Source: Octopus bimaculoides
Taxonomy: Eukaryota
Length of the DNA: 40,861 nt
NCBI RefSeq assembly: GCF_001194135.2
Contig: NC_068986.1
Span: 74,262,499-74,303,359 of the forward strand
Direction: 5' to 3'
How positions within the stretch are numbered: position 1 is the stretch's first letter; each line of letters opens with the position of its first letter. The position numbers were made by a program, and so were the translations under genes. This document shows, in pieces, positions 35,587 through 40,861 of this stretch. A model generated the notes under the pieces. The model worked only from the letters and a program-made list of their open reading frames with translations. It made no database searches and was not told the DNA's origin.

Positions 35587-36118
35587 TTCTCTTTCTAACT
35601 TTTTACACAAGGCCAACAGTTTTGGGTAGAGCAGGAGGTTGATTACACCAATCTGGTGCTCAAGTGGTATTTATTTTATCGAGACTGAAAGGCAAAGTCA
35701 GCCTTGATGGAATATGAATTCAGTATGTAAAGCCAAAAGAAATGCCTCAAAGAAAGCATTTTGCCTGGCAGGGTTACGATTCTACCAGCTCACTATCTTG
35801 ATGATGATGATGATAATAATAATAATCATTTCTCTACTATAAGCATAAGGCCTGAAATTTGGGGGAGGGGGCTAGTTGATTACATCAACCCCAGTGTTTC
35901 ACTGGTACTTAATTTATTGACCCCGAAAGGATGAAAGGAAAAGTTGACCTCAGCGGAATTTGGACTCAGAATGATGCGACGGGAAAAATACCACTAAGCA
36001 TTTTGTCCAGTGTGCTAACAATTCTGCCATCTCACCACCTTAAATAATAATAATAATAATGATAATCCTTTCTACTATAGACACAAGACCTGAAATTTTG
36101 AGGAAGGGGTTGAGTCAA
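35587..36118 (-). mobile_element. Three head-to-tail SINE family B copies (third partial) separated by (TAA/TGA)n
   Basis: Copies at about 35587-35800, 35826-36040 and 36064-36118. Confidence 0.8.
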
Positions 36119-36129
36119 CTGGTAATTAT

Positions 36130-36420
36130 TCTTTTACTTATTTCAGTCATTTGACTGAGCACTGCCTTTAGTTGAACAAATCGATCCCAGGACTTATTCT
36201 TTGTAAGCCTAGTACTTATTTTATCAGGCCCTTTTGCCAAACCAGACACACAAACACACACACATATATATATACGACAGGCTTCTTTCAGTTTCCATCT
36301 TACAAATCCACTCATAAGGCTTTGGTTGGCCTGAGGCTATAATAGAAGACACTTGCCCAAGGTGCCATGCAGTGGGAATGAACCCAGTACCATATGGTTG
36401 GTAAGCCACTCCTGTGCCTA
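36130..36420 (-). mobile_element. SINE family A
   Basis: tttcagtcatttgactg tail and gcagtgggaatgaacccag B-box region. Confidence 0.8.
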
Positions 36421-36899
36421 TTTTATCAATCCCAAAAAGGACAAAAGGCAAAAATCAACTTCAGCAGGATTTGAACTCAGAACATGCAGAGCTGGAAAGA
36501 ATGTTGCTAAGCGTTTTGTCCATTGAATTAATGAGGGCATTTGCACTATGCCATAAATTTGTGGAGTGGATTTATCTGATTAAATTTCCACTAGCATGTG
36601 AGTGTTATTTTGTTTTATGAACCCCAGTAAGACAAAAAAGGCGAATTTCATTTTGACAAGATTTGAACTCAGAATGTAAAGAGCCAAAAATATACAAGCA
36701 ACAAATAAACAGCAATAACCATCACCATTTTGCACAAAAGTACCTCTCTTTGGTCATCTGACCAGCTAGAAATAGCAACCAGATATCCTTCAGCATTGTT
36801 GCCACTGGGTCTGATAGAAGGAAAATGGACATGCCTGGAACAGCTTTGATCATAATTTTCCTTGATCAAGGGTGATCTGGGACTAAATCATTACTGCTG

Positions 36900-36932
<33 letters not shown>

Positions 36933-37640
36933 TTGCCCAAGACTGTAAGAATATGGTCGGCATTAGTTGTAGTTTTTTTTTTATTCTTTAAGCCATTATG
37001 GTTTTGTCCAAACTGAATGGTATATGGAATTCTGAAATTCTTAAAGAGTAGTAAAAAAAAAAAAATCCAAAGTGGAAACTTGAGTATATGTTAGATTTGG
37101 TAAGAAAGTAGGAAAGAAGAAGAAAGGAAAGAAAGAGAGAAAACTCTAAGCAATAAAAATGCATTTTCCCTTCAACCAAAATAAGGGAGAAAAAAAACAA
37201 AAAGAAAAGGAAAGTGGAATTGTCTCCACAAAGAATATAAACAAATTCTGAAGGAAGAGAAAACTTAAAAGGAAATGTAATAAATAAATAAATAAATAAA
37301 AATATGAATAAATAAATAATGACGATGGTGATGATGATTATGATGATGATAAAAAGATTTCGCAAAGCAAACATAGAATGTTTATGTCTAAAGCTTACAT
37401 TTCTATATTTAAATATAGAAAGGAATTATCCATAAAAATTCAATATAAATGAGATTTATATTGCTTCCCAGCTAAACATACATGACATCATAGATAGAAA
37501 TACATCCAGATATTCTGCTGATACACTCTGTGTGTGTATGTGTTTGTGTGTGTGCGTGTGTGTGCGTGTGTGTGTTTGGTGGTGGTAGTAGTGATGGTGG
37601 TTTCGTCTTTGTGATAACTATGTACAGAGATGATATGATG

Positions 37641-37702
<62 letters not shown>

Positions 37703-38256
37703 GGGAGATAGAGAGAGAGAGAGAGAGAGTCTGTAGAGAATCTATCTACACAACTACATGGCATAGTTAAGATAACTGAAGAATTCTGTAGGAATGGTAC
37801 TGAGTGTGTGATGTAAGCTTGTTTGCTTCCAAGTAGGTGTGTTTTTGCATAGATGTGTACACTCTGAGTATGCTAAATATATGATGTGTATGCAAATTTG
37901 TACAGATGTCTGTACGAATATATATCTGTTTCTCTGTGTGTGTGCATATGTGCCTCTGGACACATTTATGTAGATTATATGTATTTCTGTGTGTGTGTAT
38001 ACAATCCATCTGTTGTTGTATATGTTTTTGTCAATAAAAATATACTCATGTCTTGAGTTCTATTTTCCTGTTTGCATCATCAAATATGAATGTATGTGTG
38101 TGTGTGTACATATGTGTGTGCACAAATCTCTGCATTCACAATTTTGTATGAATTTACATGTGTGTGTGTGTGTGTATGTATACACATATACACTTATATG
38201 AAAAACAGGTGTTAAATGATGATATAATAAAAACATAAGGTATATATATTCTTTTA

Positions 38257-38491
38257 GTCTTTTATTCTTTTACTTGTTTCAGTCATTTGACTGTGGCCAT
38301 GCTGGAGCACCACTTTAGTCGATCAAATCAACCCCAGCACTTTTGCTTTGTAAACCTAGTACTTATTCTATTAGTCTCTTTTACTGAACCACTAAGTTAC
38401 AGTGACATAAACAAACCAGCATTGGTTGTCAAGTGATGGTGGGGGCACAAACATAGACACAAACACACAAACATAGATACATATATATCTA

Positions 38492-38562
<71 letters not shown>

Positions 38563-39163
38563 NNNNNNNNNNNNNNNNNNNNNNNNNNNNNNNNNNNNNN
38601 NNNNNNNNNNNNNNNNNNNNNNNNNNNNNNNNNNNNNNNNNNNNNNNNNNNNNNNNNNNNNNNNNNNNNNNNNNNNNNNNNNNNNNNNNNNNNNNNNNNN
38701 NNNNNNNNNNNNNNNNNNNNNNNNNNNNNNNNNNNNNNNNNNNNNNNNNNNNNNNNNNNNNNNNNNNNNNNNNNNNNNNNNNNNNNNNNNNNNNNNNNNN
38801 NNNNNNNNNNNNNNNNNNNNNNNNNNNNNNNNNNNNNNNNNNNNNNNNNNNNNNNNNNNNNNNNNNNNNNNNNNNNNNNNNNNNNNNNNNNNNNNNNNNN
38901 NNNNNNNNNNNNNNNNNNNNNNNNNNNNNNNNNNNNNNNNNNNNNNNNNNNNNNNNNNNNNNNNNNNNNNNNNNNNNNNNNNNNNNNNNNNNNNNNNNNN
39001 NNNNNNNNNNNNNNNNNNNNNNNNNNNNNNNNNNNNNNNNNNNNNNNNNNNNNNNNNNNNNNNNNNNNNNNNNNNNNNNNNNNNNNNNNNNNNNNNNNNN
39101 NNNNNNNNNNNNNNNNNNNNNNNNNNNNNNNNNNNNNNNNNNNNNNNNNNNNNNNNNNNNNNN

Positions 39164-39194
<31 letters not shown>

Positions 39195-39368
39195 TATAGA
39201 TATATACGGCAGGCATCCTTCAGTCTCCATCTACCAAATCTCCTCACAAGGCTTTGGTCGACCCGAGACTATAGTAGAAGACACTTGGCCAAGGTGCCAT
39301 GCAGTGGGACTGAACCCAGAACCATGTGGTTGTGAAGCAAGCTTCTTACCACATGGCCATACCTGTGC
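38257..39368 (-). mobile_element. SINE family A whose internal (AT)n contains the third gap
   Basis: Tail at 38257-38460 and head at 39205-39368 flank the (AT)n-N-(AT)n block. Confidence 0.85.
38563..39163. other. Assembly gap (601 N) within (AT)n
   Basis: Run of N. Confidence 1.
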
Positions 39369-39434
39369 CTTACCACACATACATACATACATACACATGT
39401 ATATTTTATATGAATCTATGTGTCTGTCCTGAAC

Positions 39435-39575
39435 ACCATTTGGAAAGCAACTCCATTACTTTTGTAATGCTACTCAAAGCATACAAGTCCTTGGTGACTT
39501 CAGTCATTCTGTACAGATGCGAGAGCTGGATTCTTACAGCTGATATAGAACAAAAGAATCCAGGCATTTGAGCCC
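39435..39575 (+). mobile_element. RTE-like LINE fragment
   Basis: LLKAYKSLVTSVILYRCESWILTADIEQK resembles the RTE LYKSLV.SILLYGCESWTL motif. Confidence 0.65.
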
Positions 39576-39986
39576 ACATTCCATGCACCAAACACAAAAC
39601 AAACGGCTTTATCAAACAACAATTATGCCGGCAGTCAGAAACCACTTCTTGCACAGGTAAAAAGGCAAAAGTATGCTTGGTATGTTCACGTATACCATCA
39701 CAACTCCCTCTCCCAAAACCATTCTTTAGGGCATAGTTGAGGGATGGTGGAAGAGAGAGAGACAGAGAAAATCCTAGTTAGACAGGGACAGGTTACAACA
39801 CCATGACGCTACTAAGTGTAACACAGAACAGACATAGCAATGACAGTTGACTGCAAAAGCATCTTGAGTAGCACCCCAATGATTGGCTGCACCATTCTTG
39901 GAAACTTGATGATGATAATGATGATGTGTCTATGCAAATTTGTTTGATTGCATATCTCTGTGTATATATGCATGTGTGTGTGTGTG

Positions 39987-40078
<92 letters not shown>

Positions 40079-40099
40079 TAGATAGATAGACAGATATTG

Positions 40100-40861
40100 T
40101 TGCCATTTTATACTTTTAATTTTGCACATGTGCATTGTTTGGTTGTGATTTTGTTGACTATTCAGTATAGTATGGTCAGTTGGGCACCGTCTGTGAGAAA
40201 AAAACAGCACCATGATGCAATTCATTCTGTCAGGAATTTGGAAATGACATGCTGTACTGCTTGGCATTTGCACCAGAAGCTCCAATATGATCATTTCAGA
40301 GTACTTGGGTGTCAATCTGAGGACATGTGCCAAGTGTGATAAAAATCAAACATCCAGTCAACATCATGGTATTTGGAGTGATCACTAGTGATGGTGACAT
40401 TAAGCCTCCATTCATCTTCCTACACAGCCTCAGACTCAACACGGCGGCCCACATAAAGTGCCTGGAGGAGGTAGTGCTGCCCTGAATCAAGAGGGTGGCT
40501 GCTGGAAGACCCTGTGTCTGGCAACAGGACTCTGCACCATGCTACACAAGCAGGAGAGCCCAGTCATGGCTGGCAGACAATTTCTGCAACCATCTCACCC
40601 ATAACATCTGGTCACCAAACTCCCCAGACTGCAACCCCCTTGATTATTATGTGTGGGGCACAGTTGATGGAGAGACCAATAAAACTCCTTGTTACACCAA
40701 AGATGAAGTGAAGGCAAGGATTATGGCAGCATCCACCTACTTAACCAGGAGACCATCCAGAAGAGTTACAGGAGATCCTGAATTCATGTGGCGGCTGTGA
40801 TTGAAGCCAATGGCGATTTTGTTGAATAAATTTACTCTTTAGTATTTCAAGATATTTTTAT
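40100..40861 (+). mobile_element. Internally deleted maT (DD37D) Tc1/mariner element, running off the window end
   Basis: IWK*HAVLLGI..SSNMIISEYLGVNLRT joins abruptly to KHPVNIMVFGVITSDG; QQDSAP to SPNSPDCNPLDYYVW has 37 residues between the last two Asp. Confidence 0.85.

Noticed and set aside
36988-37374. 128-aa hydrophobic minus-strand ORF
   Set aside because: Low-complexity translation of an A-rich and (TAAA)n/(GAT)n tract.
19600-39247. Long ORFs (217-281 aa) spanning the three N gaps
   Set aside because: They consist of X residues and YI repeats from Ns and (AT)n; artefacts.

Overview
AT-rich, microsatellite- and transposon-dense animal genomic DNA with three N gaps. The SINE set, the (AT)n-flanked gaps and the long introns suggest an octopus or other coleoid cephalopod assembly; this is inference, not shown directly. 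The window lies inside one + strand gene. Five short GT-AG exons (5871-5959, 7837-7917, 12641-12808, 17405-17513, 25405-25517; 560 nt) splice in compatible phases into the second PH domain and the start of the MyTH4 region of a PLEKHH1/2 (MAX-1) family protein. The supplied ORF track captures only two of these exons, embedded in longer ORFs. The rest is intron: about five SINE families, decayed RTE, L1/Tx1 and R4/Dong LINE pieces, a full-length dead DD34D mariner, an internally deleted DD37D maT, a mariner MITE with a nested SINE, and a probable Helentron-type element. The most notable signals are (1) a minimal type-I hammerhead ribozyme fold at 331-375 with a CCGACGA core and palindromic stem III, next to a structured inverted repeat, as in Penelope-like elements; and (2) four large inverted repeats in the same pre-mRNA, one with 156-bp perfectly matched arms. 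No bacterial-type system, CRISPR array or intact transposase/RT ORF is present.
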